Made by a program: the position numbers and the translations under genes
Notes under the pieces: generated by a model
The model's input: only the letters and a program-made list of their open reading frames with translations
Databases searched by the model: none
Told to the model about the DNA's origin: nothing
Shown here: piece by piece, positions 45,714 to 60,270 of the stretch
Position numbering within the stretch: position 1 is the first letter of the stretch
Layout: each line of letters opens with the position of its first letter
Origin: Alkalispirochaeta sp.
GTDB lineage: Bacteria > Spirochaetota > Spirochaetia > DSM-27196 > Alkalispirochaetaceae
Assembly: GCA_965601925.1 (NCBI GenBank)
Contig: OZ271854.1
Span: 256,001-320,000, forward strand
Reading direction: 5' to 3'
Length of the DNA stretch: 64,000 bases

Positions 45714-46544
45714 ATGGACATACAATCGTTGATAAAACTTAACAACGGTGTGCATATGCCGCGTTTCGGCCTCGGGGTGTTCAAGTCGCCTCCCGGCGCG
45801 GAGACCGAGACCGCGATTCGCGAAGCTGTTGCGGCGGGATATCGGAGCATCGACACCGCAAGCATCTATCGCAACGAGGAGAGTGTCGGTGCCGCGATAC
45901 GGCACGCAGGCGTCGGGCGGGAGTCGCTGTTCGTCACTACCAAGGTTTGGAACAGCGACTTCGGATACGATAAGACGCTACGCGCCTTCGACGAGAGTAT
46001 GCGCCTGCTCGCGCTTGAGTATCTCGATCTGTATCTCGTCCATTGGCCGGTAAAAGACGCCTACCTCGAGACGTGGAGAGCGTTGGTGGAACTGTATCGA
46101 GCGGGGCGCGTCCGCGCGATCGGCGTCAGCAACTTTCAGATTCACCACATTCGGGAACTTGCCGAGCGGTCGGACGTCGTACCGGCGGTGAACCAGGTCG
46201 AGCTTCATCCCTACTTGCAACAACGGAAGCTCAGCGAATATTGTATGGAACACAACATCGTGGTCGAAGCGTGGAGCCCCATCGCAAAGGGTAACGTCGT
46301 GAACGAACCAGTTCTTCAGACGATCGGCGCCGCTCACGGTAAGACACCGGTACAGGTCGCCTTGCGGTGGGGCTTGCAACGGGAGATCGTAGTAATACCC
46401 AAGTCAATACAGCCCAATCGAATTCGAAGTAACGCACAGGTGTTCGATTTTACCCTGAGCGACACCGAGATGCAGCGCATCGAGCGACTCGATCGCGAGG
46501 ATGATGGACGCCTCGGCCCACACCCGGACCACTTCGATTTCTGA
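45714..46544 (+). CDS. Aldo/keto reductase (2,5-diketogluconate reductase-like)
   Basis: IDTASIYRNE, FVTTKVWN, DLYLVHWP, IGVSNF, NQVELHP, IPKS. Confidence 0.95.
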   Translation: MDIQSLIKLNNGVHMPRFGLGVFKSPPGAETETAIREAVAAGYRSIDTASIYRNEESVGAAIRHAGVGRESLFVTTKVWNSDFGYDKTLRAFDESMRLLALEYLDLYLVHWPVKDAYLETWRALVELYRAGRVRAIGVSNFQIHHIRELAERSDVVPAVNQVELHPYLQQRKLSEYCMEHNIVVEAWSPIAKGNVVNEPVLQTIGAAHGKTPVQVALRWGLQREIVVIPKSIQPNRIRSNAQVFDFTLSDTEMQRIERLDREDDGRLGPHPDHFDF

Positions 46545-46565
46545 TAGAGCACGAAAGGAGTCGCT

Positions 46566-48542
46566 ATGCGTTTACGCGCAAAGCTCATGATAGCCTTCGA
46601 GACCCTGGGAGTCATTATCCTGATAGCCGGGGGTATCGGAGTGTGGCAGATCGCGGAACTCAACCGCGCGGCGGGCCAGGTCGCAAACGTGGCGACGCCG
46701 CACTTATACGCAATCCTCGATTCGCAGAAAGATACCTTGCAGGCGAATCTTCTGGCCGGCAACATCGATCCGGAATCCATCGAAGATGCTCAGTTGGACG
46801 AGATAAACGCGCTGCTGAGCGAGGCGGAGTCTACTCTGTCGATTATCCTAAGCGGCGAAGGAACTATACTGGGAGATCGCGTAGACGCGGTCGAAGACAC
46901 CCAAATTCGGCAATCCCTGGAGTTGATGCTCTCCTATCTCCGGGTAACGAGAGCCAACATCCAGGATCAGCTCATGTTCATCCGCCAGTTCGGGAATGTC
47001 AGTAACACCCTCGCCGCGCGACTCAACAACGCGCTGATCGGCTATGTCGAGGCGACCGAAACCGCCGAGGCGGCGATCGAGCGAGAGCTCATTACGCTGC
47101 GCTCCACGATGGTCGCCACGGCGCGGACAGGCATGATCATTCTCGTCGCCGCCACCGTTCTCAGTTTGATCATAGCGCTCGTTTTGGCGGCAATCATCTC
47201 AAACCACGTCGTATCGCGGGTGCGTAAGGTCACGAACGTGACCGAGCGCCTGGCCGAGGGCGATCTCACCACAGTGGTGGAGGTGCAGGGACGGGACGAG
47301 ATCGGAGATCTCACCGGAAACGTCAACACGGCGATCGCCGGCCTCGGTTCCATCATCGGCACCGTCGTCGAGGGGGTGAACGTCCTCTCCGAGACCGGCC
47401 GGACCCTCGCATCCAGCACCGACGATACGGTGCGCGCCGTGGACGAGATCAACACCGTCGTCGAACGGGGCAACGCCGGAAACGAGGAGTTAGTGGCCAA
47501 CGTGACCGAGACCTCGGCGGTCGTCGAACAGCTCGTACGCAACATCGAGTCTCTGGACAACGGTGTACAGCAGCAAGCGGCGGTGATCGAGGAGTCGTCC
47601 GCATCGATCGAACAGATGATCTCCTCCATCGAGAGCATTGCCGCCATCTCCCATCGAGCCCAGGATCAACTCCAACGGCTGACGCAGGTCTCGGACGACG
47701 GCCGCCGCTCCCTCGATGACCAGGAGGCGATGGTCTCCGAAATGTCTACGGCGAGCCAAAGCTTGGAGGAGGCGAACGGACTCATCGCGGGCGTGGCGAG
47801 TCAGACGAATCTCCTCGCGATGAACGCCGCGATCGAGGCGGCCCACGCCGGAGAGGCGGGGCGCGGATTCGCAGTCGTCGCCGACGAGATTCGCAACCTT
47901 GCCGAAAAAACGAGCAAACAGTCCCGCCAGGTAAAAGAGGAGATCAACGGCCTTCGCAAACTCATCGAGCGGCTGGTCGAGGGAAGCCACACGAGTAGCA
48001 AGGGCTTCGCCTCGATTCGTGACGAGTTGGACGGGGTCAGAAACGTATTTGATGAGATCTATAACGCGATGGAAGAGCAACGGACCGGCGGTGCGGAGAT
48101 TCTCAAGGCGCTGACACAGATGCGGGAGATGACCGGTACCGTCCACGACGGCTCCAGCGAGATGAAGTCGGGAACCGAGCAGATGCTCTCGGCGATCCGC
48201 AACGTCAATGAGGTGGCCCAAGAATCGCGTCAGGCAATGCACAACCTCGCCTCGGGAACCGAACGCATCAGCGTAGCGATGGCGAACATCTCGTCGATCA
48301 GCGAACGTAATCGCTCTCAAATAGAGGGCATCATCGCCTCGACCGAGCGTATCGTTATCTCCCAGGACGACGATAATGAGTCCATCACGGAGTATTCCGA
48401 AGCCGTGGAGCCGCAAGAGTCCGACGAAGCTGCGGCCGAAGAGCACGAGGCGGATGCGGCGGACGATGTCGAGCGATCGGACGACGGCGGCGCGCCGGAG
48501 GAGATTCTCGAGCCGTCGGAGGAGGAGGCGCTTTCCACCTAA
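46566..48542 (+). CDS. Methyl-accepting chemotaxis protein
   Basis: Two TM helices, [39 protein letters not shown]. Confidence 0.96.
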   Translation: MRLRAKLMIAFETLGVIILIAGGIGVWQIAELNRAAGQVANVATPHLYAILDSQKDTLQANLLAGNIDPESIEDAQLDEINALLSEAESTLSIILSGEGTILGDRVDAVEDTQIRQSLELMLSYLRVTRANIQDQLMFIRQFGNVSNTLAARLNNALIGYVEATETAEAAIERELITLRSTMVATARTGMIILVAATVLSLIIALVLAAIISNHVVSRVRKVTNVTERLAEGDLTTVVEVQGRDEIGDLTGNVNTAIAGLGSIIGTVVEGVNVLSETGRTLASSTDDTVRAVDEINTVVERGNAGNEELVANVTETSAVVEQLVRNIESLDNGVQQQAAVIEESSASIEQMISSIESIAAISHRAQDQLQRLTQVSDDGRRSLDDQEAMVSEMSTASQSLEEANGLIAGVASQTNLLAMNAAIEAAHAGEAGRGFAVVADEIRNLAEKTSKQSRQVKEEINGLRKLIERLVEGSHTSSKGFASIRDELDGVRNVFDEIYNAMEEQRTGGAEILKALTQMREMTGTVHDGSSEMKSGTEQMLSAIRNVNEVAQESRQAMHNLASGTERISVAMANISSISERNRSQIEGIIASTERIVISQDDDNESITEYSEAVEPQESDEAAAEEHEADAADDVERSDDGGAPEEILEPSEEEALST

Positions 48543-49486
48543 CGGGCGTCTGTGTCGCGGCGCCTTCGACGACGGATTCGATCGCGCAGTCCTCCCCGAA
48601 TCTCCTCGAACTGACTCTGCAGCGTTTCCAGGAGACTCCGGTCGAGTTCGATCTGTCCCGAGAGCTCTTTTGCCGCGTCGACGATCGTGCGCACCCCTTC
48701 GTCGGCCTGCAGGAGGAATCGATCCAGTCTGGCTAACGCCGTCTCTCTCACCGCTTCGTCCCGCCCGTCGTCCTCTTCATACTGCGCAAAATCGTAGTCG
48801 ATCAAATCGCGCCGGATCTCACCGATGAGTCGTCGATGGAGGTCCGAATGGATCGCCTTGAGCATGTAGGCGATGCGCCCCTCCTTTTCCAAACGGCGGA
48901 CGCTCACCTCCACCCACGTACCGGTGAGGAACTCCAGCGGTCGATACTGCGATGCCGCCTTGCCGAAGGCGTGATCCTCTCCGAGCGTAATCGTCTCATC
49001 GAACCCGCCGACGCGCCGAAAGAGTCGCCGCGTAACCAAGATACAATATCCGGTAGTCCTGGGCTGCGTACGCACGGTAAAGCGCGTCACGGTGCTCGCA
49101 AAATTGAACAGTAGCGTATCGAACGCCACGTCGGTGATGGGGCGCGCCTCGCACACGGCAAGATCGATAAAGCGACGTTCGAGCTCGCTCCAGGCGCTTG
49201 AAAGAAATCCGTCCGGGAGCCGCACATCGGAGTCAAGAAAAAAGAGAAACTCGCCGCGGGCGACGCGGGCACCGGCGTTCCGTCCGACCGCGGGAAGCCC
49301 GCCCTCGACGACGCGACAGTGGTGCTCCCGTGCGTACTCGCGCGTCCCGTCGGTGGATCCGGCGTCGGCGACGATGATCTCATAGTCGTCGAAATCCTGA
49401 CCCTCTACACTTTCGATGAGGGTAGGAAGATAGTTGCGCTCGTTAAGCGTCGGAATGACGATGGAAATGCGAGGGATATCGCTCAC
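48539..49486 (-). CDS. Family 2 glycosyltransferase
   Basis: [27 protein letters not shown]...ED. Confidence 0.92.
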   Translation of the reverse strand: MSDIPRISIVIPTLNERNYLPTLIESVEGQDFDDYEIIVADAGSTDGTREYAREHHCRVVEGGLPAVGRNAGARVARGEFLFFLDSDVRLPDGFLSSAWSELERRFIDLAVCEARPITDVAFDTLLFNFASTVTRFTVRTQPRTTGYCILVTRRLFRRVGGFDETITLGEDHAFGKAASQYRPLEFLTGTWVEVSVRRLEKEGRIAYMLKAIHSDLHRRLIGEIRRDLIDYDFAQYEEDDGRDEAVRETALARLDRFLLQADEGVRTIVDAAKELSGQIELDRSLLETLQSQFEEIRGGLRDRIRRRRRRDTDAR

Positions 49487-49489
49487 GCG

Positions 49490-50356
49490 TTACTCCGTCC
49501 ACGCCCGGCGGTGAGCGGTCACGACACCGTCGACGTCGGTCGCGTTCCCGCCGGCGACGGCTACGAGGTTCCAGATCCGACAATCCCCGAGTATCGTTCC
49601 GTCGTACAAGTGTCGATCCTCGTTGCGGAAGAGACCGTATACGCCGTCGTAACCGGCAGATCGGAGGAGCGCTACAATCTCCTCTCGCCGGTAGCCGGCG
49701 TTCTGTGTGTTGACGCAGGAATACTCCACGATCACCGGCGGTCGGTACGTTTTAAGCGTCCTCGCGGCGCCGCGGAGTATCGATCGCTCGGCGCCCTCTA
49801 CATCTATCTTTATCAATGACGGCGGCGGAACCGTGCCGGCCTCGACGAGATCATCCAAGGGACGTACTCGCACCTCGACGCGCTCGACGAGTTCGAGCCG
49901 ATACCGTTCCAGGTCCGCGGTCGGTCGCCCGAAGAGGGAGGAAAACGTGTCGTCGCTGTAGATTTCAAGATGCGTCGTATCGTCGACCTCACCCAGGGCC
50001 AAGGGAATGATCGTCACGTCCGCCGTGCCCCAAAGCGAGACCGACAGTGCACACTCCTCGGCGCGGCGTACCAACCGCGCGCGTGCGGCCGGAGCCGGTT
50101 CAAAAGCGATGACCGAGAGGTGCCCGGCGCGCTTATCCGCGGCATTACCGTCCGATGACCGTGCACCGCGGCGCGGGGAAGCGCCGGAGGCTCCGCCGGA
50201 ATCGAAGAGCGGGAGCGAGAGCTCACCATCGTTGGCCCCGATATCGTAGACGACGAGCTCACGGCCGCCGACGGCGCGCGCCAACGTCCCCATCCAATAG
50301 CGAAGGTTGTCGTGAATATCGTCGTAGCCGTCGATCGTCGGAGAAGAGTGCTGCAC
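49490..50356 (-). CDS. FkbM family methyltransferase
   Basis: YDIGANDG, IAFEP, IKIDVEGAE; GTG 50356 chosen. Confidence 0.9.
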   Translation of the reverse strand: MQHSSPTIDGYDDIHDNLRYWMGTLARAVGGRELVVYDIGANDGELSLPLFDSGGASGASPRRGARSSDGNAADKRAGHLSVIAFEPAPAARARLVRRAEECALSVSLWGTADVTIIPLALGEVDDTTHLEIYSDDTFSSLFGRPTADLERYRLELVERVEVRVRPLDDLVEAGTVPPPSLIKIDVEGAERSILRGAARTLKTYRPPVIVEYSCVNTQNAGYRREEIVALLRSAGYDGVYGLFRNEDRHLYDGTILGDCRIWNLVAVAGGNATDVDGVVTAHRRAWTE

Positions 50357-50421
50357 GCCTCCATCGTAACAGAGAGTGCCTCGCCTTGCCAAAGACTCTG
50401 CAAACCGAACACAATGTCATA

Positions 50422-51276
50422 ATGACACAGTGGGACGTTTCGGCCGTATGCGACTTGATGATCGAGGCGGGTAAAATCGCGCTCGACCACTTTACCTCAC
50501 CCGGGACGGAACACAAGGCGGACACCTCCCTGGTAACCGTTGCGGACCGCGCAATCGAAGCGTATCTCGCGGAGGCACTCGCCCCGGACGCCGACGAGGC
50601 GCTTCTCATCGGTGAGGAGACCTCGGGTGCGATGACCCAAAACGATGTGGATGCCGCGCTGGCGGGCGCCACGTGGGTGGTCGATCCGATCGACGGCACG
50701 GCTCCGTACGCCAACCGGCTCCCGACCTGGGGAGTGTCCGTCGGATTTATGAGTGAGGGTCGGCTTACCGACGGCGCGCTCTTTCTTCCCCGTACCGGCG
50801 AGTTGTTCATCACCTCGGGTGACGATGTTCTGTATCATCGCGGTCCACGAGATCCCGACTATTGGGACTTTTCACGCCTATCACCGCTCGCCGCGACCGA
50901 TCGGGCGTATCGAAGCACGGGAATGGTCAGCTTACCTCAGGAGATCATGTATACCGGCGGTTTTTCGGGACGCAATCCCTTTCAATCGGTGGGCAGCGCG
51001 GTGTACTCGGTCGCAAAACTGATCCAAGGCAGTTATATCTGTTACGTAGCGCGTGTACGCCTATGGGACCTCGCCGGCTCCCTGCCGATTCTCCATAGAC
51101 TGGGTTTCCACCTTCAGTTCGCCGACGGTACGGAGCTCACCGATCGCGTCACGACCGACGGGTGGGTGCTCGACGCGTCGAGCAGCCGAATGTGGAAGAG
51201 CACGGGACTGCTCTACATCGCGGCGGACACCGCCACAATCGAATATGTAAAGACCCACCACAACGGTAAGCGCTGA
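50422..51276 (+). CDS. Inositol monophosphatase family protein
   Basis: VTVADR, IGEE, WVVDPIDGT, WDLAG. Confidence 0.9.
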   Translation: MTQWDVSAVCDLMIEAGKIALDHFTSPGTEHKADTSLVTVADRAIEAYLAEALAPDADEALLIGEETSGAMTQNDVDAALAGATWVVDPIDGTAPYANRLPTWGVSVGFMSEGRLTDGALFLPRTGELFITSGDDVLYHRGPRDPDYWDFSRLSPLAATDRAYRSTGMVSLPQEIMYTGGFSGRNPFQSVGSAVYSVAKLIQGSYICYVARVRLWDLAGSLPILHRLGFHLQFADGTELTDRVTTDGWVLDASSSRMWKSTGLLYIAADTATIEYVKTHHNGKR

Positions 51277-51305
51277 GGGACCCGCAACCGAACGGCCGCG
51301 CCCCG

Positions 51306-54563
<3,258 letters not shown>

Positions 54564-54587
54564 TTATGCGCGCGGTGGCGCCCCACC

Positions 54588-56894
54588 TTAGACACGCACA
54601 AGGTGCCAAAACCGCGCCTGATAGTCACCCGGCGCCAGATGTATCCATAGACCGCGTTGGCGAAGCTGCGCCGCATCGTAGGTCTGCCCGCTGTGCGTCT
54701 CACGGTACGAGCCGTCCGCCGATAGCCCGGTAAGGCGCAGGTGGCCCGGATCGTGGTTGGTACGCCCCAAGGGGAGGAAGTGGAAGACGAATATCTCATC
54801 GCCGTCCTCGCTCTCCACCATCCACGCCCGCGCACCGCCTCCTTCACCGGTCAGCGCCGCCCTCGGTGTGGTCGGACCCGTGGGCGTCGCGGCTCCCCCG
54901 GCGCCCGAAGGGCTCCCCAGGCGTACGAATCGACCGCGCATGATCTTCTCGCGAATGGCGGCGTAGAGCTCGGATCCCCTGGCGAAGATCGCACGATCCT
55001 TGGCACTCTCTCGCGAAGGATCGAGCTCGTACCCGTAGCTGAACGCGGCGGCGGTGCACACTCGCGTCCACGCCGGGGTGATGCGTCCCACCTGATGGTT
55101 GGGGACGCTCGAGACGTGCGCGCCGGCCATCTCCGGCGGAAACACAAGGGTCGTTCCGTACTGAATATCGAGCCGCTCCACCGCGTCGGTCTGGTCGCTG
55201 GTCCAAAAGCGCGGGCAGTAGCGGGCCAGTCCGAGATCGAATCGCCCGCCGCCGCCCGCACACCCTTCGATGAGTACATCGGGAAAGGCGACCGCGAGCC
55301 GATCGAGCAGACGATAGAGCCCGAGCATGTAACGGTGCATCACCTCGCCCTGGTGTTCCGCCGGCAGGGCGGCCGAGCCGGCCTCCGTCATGGCGCGATT
55401 CATATCCCATTTGACGTAGCGAGCCCCGGACTCGTTCAGGATCGCGGAGACGACGTCGAACAGGTGGTCCACAACCGCCGGATCGGCCAAATCGAGGGTG
55501 AGCTGCCCACGCGCCAAGGTCGACGACCTCCCCGGAACGGCGAGAATCCAGTCCGGATGGTCACGGTGTAGGTCGCTACCGGGCGATACCATCTCCGGCT
55601 CGATCCATACACCGAACTCCAGCCCTTCGCGACGAACCGCCTCGGCGACGCCGCCCAAGCCGTCGGGGAAGCGCTCTCGGTTGGTGTGCCAATCACCGAG
55701 GGAGGTAGTATCGTCTCTACGGTCGGCAAACCATCCGTCGTCGAGAACGAGAAGCTCGGCGCCGATCTCCCGTCCCGAACGGGCCAAAGCGGCGATCTTA
55801 TCGGCCGTGACGTCGAAATACATAGCCTCCCAGCTGTTGATGGTCGTCTTTCGCGCCTCGCTCCGCCACCGAGACGGTACGATTCCCTCCCGCAAGAGGT
55901 GGTGAAAGGCGCCGCTCATACCGTTGAATCCGCGGTCCGACTGGACGAGGAAGGCGACCGGAGTATCGAACGATTCGCCGGGTCCGAGATGTGCTCTCAG
56001 ACGGTTGATACCGACGGAGAGACGACACGCCTCGTACTGATCGACATCGCAGGCGACGGTACAGTTACCGCTGTAGGCGAGAGCCATCGCAAAGACGCGC
56101 CCCCGGTGCTCATCGGTTTCCGGATCGCATACGGCGATAAACGGACCGGCCTGATGGCCGCTCATCCCGCCACGACCGCCGAGGCTATGCCTGCCCGGCG
56201 AGAGGGGACGCCGCACCACGTGACGCTCCCGCGCCCAGGAGCCCGCCAACGTCACCATGTCGTAGCGATCCGCCGGCAGATCGAGCGACGCCGAGGCGGG
56301 ATCGCGCAGCGTGATCGCCGCGCCGTTCTCCGTGTTGATAACGCGCGCCCAGCGGATGAGCGCAGGGCTCGCCTCGTGTATCACGTAGAATAGATCCACC
56401 GATAGGCCGCCTCTTGGATCGGCGAGACGGATTCGAAGGGTGCGTGCATCGCCGAGGCGATGGTCGGGCCGCATCGCCGGAAGCGCCCGAGGCGCGCTTG
56501 AACCGTGAGTGACCTCGTGCTCGGCATACTCGAGACGGAGCGCCTCGGTACCGTCGGCAAACAGGACGTTCAAGGCGCCTTCGCGGTACTCCCCGGCACC
56601 CCACGCGGGATACTCCTGGGGAAGCGTATCGAGAGAGAGCCCACCCTGCGCCATGGGGAAAAACGGCGCCGGCGAGTCGGCTCCGGCCTCCCCCGTTCGG
56701 GGGATGACCGAAAGGTACGGCACGGCCGCCGGGTGCATTAACTCCTCGGGACGAATATCCGCAACCGGCGGCCCCCAATATAGATGGGACAGAAACGTCC
56801 CATCGAACAGGTGCATAGCGTAGCTGAAATAGTCGTTCCGCAGGTGGAACGTTCGGCCCGTCGAGTCGATCGTAATCATGTCTCGCTCACTCAT
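54588..56894 (-). CDS. Alpha-galactosidase, GH36
   Basis: NSWEA, LDDGWF, WIEPEM, YVKWDMNR, CAGGGGRFD, WTSDQTD. Confidence 0.95.
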   Translation of the reverse strand: MSERDMITIDSTGRTFHLRNDYFSYAMHLFDGTFLSHLYWGPPVADIRPEELMHPAAVPYLSVIPRTGEAGADSPAPFFPMAQGGLSLDTLPQEYPAWGAGEYREGALNVLFADGTEALRLEYAEHEVTHGSSAPRALPAMRPDHRLGDARTLRIRLADPRGGLSVDLFYVIHEASPALIRWARVINTENGAAITLRDPASASLDLPADRYDMVTLAGSWARERHVVRRPLSPGRHSLGGRGGMSGHQAGPFIAVCDPETDEHRGRVFAMALAYSGNCTVACDVDQYEACRLSVGINRLRAHLGPGESFDTPVAFLVQSDRGFNGMSGAFHHLLREGIVPSRWRSEARKTTINSWEAMYFDVTADKIAALARSGREIGAELLVLDDGWFADRRDDTTSLGDWHTNRERFPDGLGGVAEAVRREGLEFGVWIEPEMVSPGSDLHRDHPDWILAVPGRSSTLARGQLTLDLADPAVVDHLFDVVSAILNESGARYVKWDMNRAMTEAGSAALPAEHQGEVMHRYMLGLYRLLDRLAVAFPDVLIEGCAGGGGRFDLGLARYCPRFWTSDQTDAVERLDIQYGTTLVFPPEMAGAHVSSVPNHQVGRITPAWTRVCTAAAFSYGYELDPSRESAKDRAIFARGSELYAAIREKIMRGRFVRLGSPSGAGGAATPTGPTTPRAALTGEGGGARAWMVESEDGDEIFVFHFLPLGRTNHDPGHLRLTGLSADGSYRETHSGQTYDAAQLRQRGLWIHLAPGDYQARFWHLVRV

Positions 56895-56915
56895 GCGGAT
56901 ATTGTACCGATAACG

Positions 56916-57773
56916 CTACTCTTTGACGCCACCGAACGTGAGTCCCGCGATGAACTGCCGCTGCAACACAAAGAACACGATGACCGATGGAACGGCCGCT
57001 ACGACCGAACCTGCGGCGATAAGATTCCACGAAATCGACCACGTACCGCGCAGTGCTTGGAGGCCGAAGGTTATGGGCCTCGCCGCGTCACTTTGGACCA
57101 ACGTCAAAGCCCAGAAGAAGTCGTTCCATATGAAGGTGAAGAGGAGGACTCCCAGAGAGGCCAACGCCGGCCGTATCAGCGGCATGATCACGCGGAAGAA
57201 AATTCCCATCTCCGTCGCACCCTCGATCCGGGCCGACTCGACCAACGCCATCGGGAGATCGGCGATGAAGTTGCGCAGAAAGAAGGTCGCGAACCCGATC
57301 TGAAAGGCCGTATGAAAGATCATCAACGCCCACAACGTATCGAGAAGATCGAGGTTGGCGAACATCGTCCGCACCGGGATCATCAGGATCTGAAACGGCA
57401 CGAAGTTTCCCGCGATGAACATCGCGTACAGGAAGATGCGCCCGCGAAAGCGGTGGATCGCGAGCGTATATCCCGCCATAGCACTGAACAGGACCGCCGC
57501 CAGGACCGATGGGATGGTGATCACGACGGAGTTGAAAAAGTATAAGAGCATCGGGCTGCGCGCCGGATTGAACACTTCGGCGTAGTTGTCCACGATGCTG
57601 AACTCGGTGGGCCACCCCCAGTAATTTCCCGCGATGATATCGGCGTTGCCGCGCGCGGAAGTCGTCAAAATCGCGACCAGCGGCAGCAACCACACAACGG
57701 TCAAGAGAATGAGTACGACGTGGTAGACGGTTCGTACCGCCGGATTGGTTCGTTCTATCGGTGTCGGAAACAT
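56916..57773 (-). CDS. Carbohydrate ABC transporter permease (MalG-type)
   Basis: EAA motif LVESARIEGA; WNDFFW. Confidence 0.93.
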   Translation of the reverse strand: MFPTPIERTNPAVRTVYHVVLILLTVVWLLPLVAILTTSARGNADIIAGNYWGWPTEFSIVDNYAEVFNPARSPMLLYFFNSVVITIPSVLAAVLFSAMAGYTLAIHRFRGRIFLYAMFIAGNFVPFQILMIPVRTMFANLDLLDTLWALMIFHTAFQIGFATFFLRNFIADLPMALVESARIEGATEMGIFFRVIMPLIRPALASLGVLLFTFIWNDFFWALTLVQSDAARPITFGLQALRGTWSISWNLIAAGSVVAAVPSVIVFFVLQRQFIAGLTFGGVKE

Positions 57774-57777
57774 CGCC

Positions 57778-58665
57778 TCACCTCTCGTTCCGTACGACCG
57801 ATCGCAGGAAAAATGCGATAAAGATCGACATCATCAGAAAGAGAACGACGGCGATAGACGCGCCGTAGCCCATATTGAAGTTGAACAGCGCCTCGTCGTA
57901 CATCTGGTACGCCAGGACGTAACTACTGCCCCACGGTCCCCCGGCGGTCATGATGGCAATCAGGTCGAAGCTGCGTAGCGCACCGATGATCGTCACGACG
58001 ACCGCGATGAAGCTTGCTCCCCGCAGCTGCGGCAGCACCACGTGCCACAACATCGAAAAGCCCGACGCGCCGTCGATGCGTCCCGCCTCCAATACTTGGG
58101 CGTTCATGCTCGTCAAACCGGTCAGGTAGAGAATCATACAATAGGCGGTCTGAGGCCACAGCGCCGCGGCGATAATCCCGTAGGTCGCGAGATTCTCGTC
58201 GGCGAGGATCGGTATCGGATCGAGCCCTAGGCTGCGAAAAATCGCCGCCAGAATTCCCAGGTCAGGATTGTAGAACCACGAGAAAATGAGTCCTACGACG
58301 ACCAGATTGATAACGAAGGGAAAGAAGAACATCGATTTGATGAAGCGGATACCGCGCACATTCTGGTTGAGAAAGAGCGCCACCGCCAGTCCGCCGACGG
58401 GCGCCAACAGCATCAACACCAACCAACGAATGTTGTTGGAAAAAGAGATCACGAAACGCCGGTCACCGACAAGCTCGCGATAGTTCTCCAGTCCCACCCA
58501 CGTCATTGCACCGAATCCGCTCCACTCGTGGAAGCTGATCCAGATACTCTGGATAATCGGCCATAACACGAATACCGCAAACAGTATCATCGCGGGCGCC
58601 AAAAAATAGACCGGCGCCAACGTGTACTGTAAGCGAAGCCATCGATACTCGGTACGTTTGTCCAC
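57778..58665 (-). CDS. Carbohydrate ABC transporter permease (MalF-type)
   Basis: VGLENY, EAGRIDGAS, MTAGGP. Confidence 0.93.
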   Translation of the reverse strand: MDKRTEYRWLRLQYTLAPVYFLAPAMILFAVFVLWPIIQSIWISFHEWSGFGAMTWVGLENYRELVGDRRFVISFSNNIRWLVLMLLAPVGGLAVALFLNQNVRGIRFIKSMFFFPFVINLVVVGLIFSWFYNPDLGILAAIFRSLGLDPIPILADENLATYGIIAAALWPQTAYCMILYLTGLTSMNAQVLEAGRIDGASGFSMLWHVVLPQLRGASFIAVVVTIIGALRSFDLIAIMTAGGPWGSSYVLAYQMYDEALFNFNMGYGASIAVVLFLMMSIFIAFFLRSVVRNER

Positions 58666-58694
58666 GAGATTACCTTCCCCCCTTCGATAGCAAA

Positions 58695-58722
58695 GACGCC
58701 CGACCCCGCAGGGCCGGACGTC
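58695..58722 (-). terminator. Intercistronic hairpin after the solute-binding protein gene
   Basis: GACGUCCGGCCC-UGCG-GGGUCGGGCGUC followed by UUUG; the 12-bp stem with two GU pairs forms only on the minus (mRNA) strand. Confidence 0.6.
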
Positions 58723-58748
58723 GTTATAGATTCACGATGTCGAGACGA

Positions 58749-60011
58749 CTACTCGAAGACGCTGAGACGCTCGTCTTCCAACCGCTGGCGAATCTCCTCT
58801 ACGCGGTCGGGATTCACCATGAACTCCTGAAATCCCTGCATACCGGCCGAGGCCATCTCGGGGCTGGTATCGCGATCGTAGAACTGAGCCAGTCCGTCGG
58901 CGGCGTTTAACATCTCGAACCCGGCGAGGGTGAATCGATCCTCGGGGGGACGGGAGTTCCTGTTGGGAGGGATGTTACCGACCGTGTAGGCGAAGTCGGC
59001 AAGCACGTCGGGACGAGAGGCGAACTCGAGAAAGAGCTTGGCCTCTTCTACATTCTCCGCTCCCGCAGGAATGTGGTACGACTCCATCGGTGCATCTTCG
59101 TACATTCCGACCGCCGGGTTGATCTGAGGAAACTGGAAGAAGCCCACATTATCGATGACGCCTGCGCTCTCCATGTCGGGCACGATGAAGTTCCCGATCA
59201 GATACATCGCGGCGCGGCCGTTAATAAACGGCGCCTGAGCCTCCTGCCACGAGAAGGTGGCGTGGTTTTCCAAGAAGAAACCGCGCTCGATCAGATCGGT
59301 CCACACGGCAAAGACCTCATCCAACTCGGGGTCGAGATAGCTCGCCTCGCCGTCCATGAGCGACATGTGGTAGTCGAACCCGTTGATGCGCAGGTTGAGG
59401 TAGTCGAACCAACCGGCGGCGGTCCACAGGAACCGGGTTCCGATGGTAACCGGCGTGATACCATTGGCTACCAACGTGTCGCCGACTTCCAGGAACTCAT
59501 CCCACGTCTCCGGGACGGAGAGCCCGTACTCCTGGAAGACGTCGGTGCGATAAAAGACACCCCATTGGTAATAACCCCACGGAACGCCGTACTGGCGGCC
59601 GTCGACGGTGAGAGTCGGTCGAGACGAGGCCATCGAATCATTGAAATCGGCCTCTTCCCACAGATCGCTCACGTCCATGAATAGTCCCTCATCGACGAAA
59701 AACTTCATGCGATTACCGGCGAACCAGAGTGCAACGTCCGGCGGATCGGAGACCAGAAAGTTACGGATCGCCGTCTTGTACGCCTCGTGATCGAAGGTGT
59801 TGAGGGTCACATCGATATCGGGATACTCGGCCTGAAACGCATCCACAAGCTCCTGAAACGCTCCGCGCGGTGCAGGGTCGGACAGATTCGAGTTGATTAC
59901 CAACTCCCGTTGACCGTCGTCACCGTCTTCGCCCTGCCCGGACGCCAACACAACCATCGGCGCGAGAAGTGTGAAGACCATCAGCAGTGAAAAAACTCTT
60001 CGCATTGTCAC
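58749..60011 (-). CDS. Sugar ABC transporter substrate-binding protein
   Basis: AAGGAGG RBS; signal ending LA-SGQGE; DGRQYGVP, PETWDEF, GRAAMY. Confidence 0.92.
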   Translation of the reverse strand: MTMRRVFSLLMVFTLLAPMVVLASGQGEDGDDGQRELVINSNLSDPAPRGAFQELVDAFQAEYPDIDVTLNTFDHEAYKTAIRNFLVSDPPDVALWFAGNRMKFFVDEGLFMDVSDLWEEADFNDSMASSRPTLTVDGRQYGVPWGYYQWGVFYRTDVFQEYGLSVPETWDEFLEVGDTLVANGITPVTIGTRFLWTAAGWFDYLNLRINGFDYHMSLMDGEASYLDPELDEVFAVWTDLIERGFFLENHATFSWQEAQAPFINGRAAMYLIGNFIVPDMESAGVIDNVGFFQFPQINPAVGMYEDAPMESYHIPAGAENVEEAKLFLEFASRPDVLADFAYTVGNIPPNRNSRPPEDRFTLAGFEMLNAADGLAQFYDRDTSPEMASAGMQGFQEFMVNPDRVEEIRQRLEDERLSVFE

Positions 60012-60270
60012 TACTTCCTCCTTGATTATAATAGTTAACTATTGTCAGCCCGCTTGCGAGACTAGGTCAATCTTAAGATTTTCCTGGCTTTTTTAACCAT
60101 TTCAGGTGTCGCGCGTTGAAGAACGATTGGCGTTGAATTTATGCATTTTTGAACCACTTAACGCCCTGTTAATGAATATTATTCATCGAATATTCACTTC
60201 TCGGCGTCAAATGGAAAAAGGGCACCCAGCATTTCTTTTGCAATTTTCAAAAAAATATGGCAATATTACG
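60012..60270. promoter_or_regulatory. AT-rich divergent control region with palindromes
   Basis: AATAGTTAACTATT at 60030-60043; ATGAATA-T-TATTCAT at 60172-60186. Confidence 0.55.
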
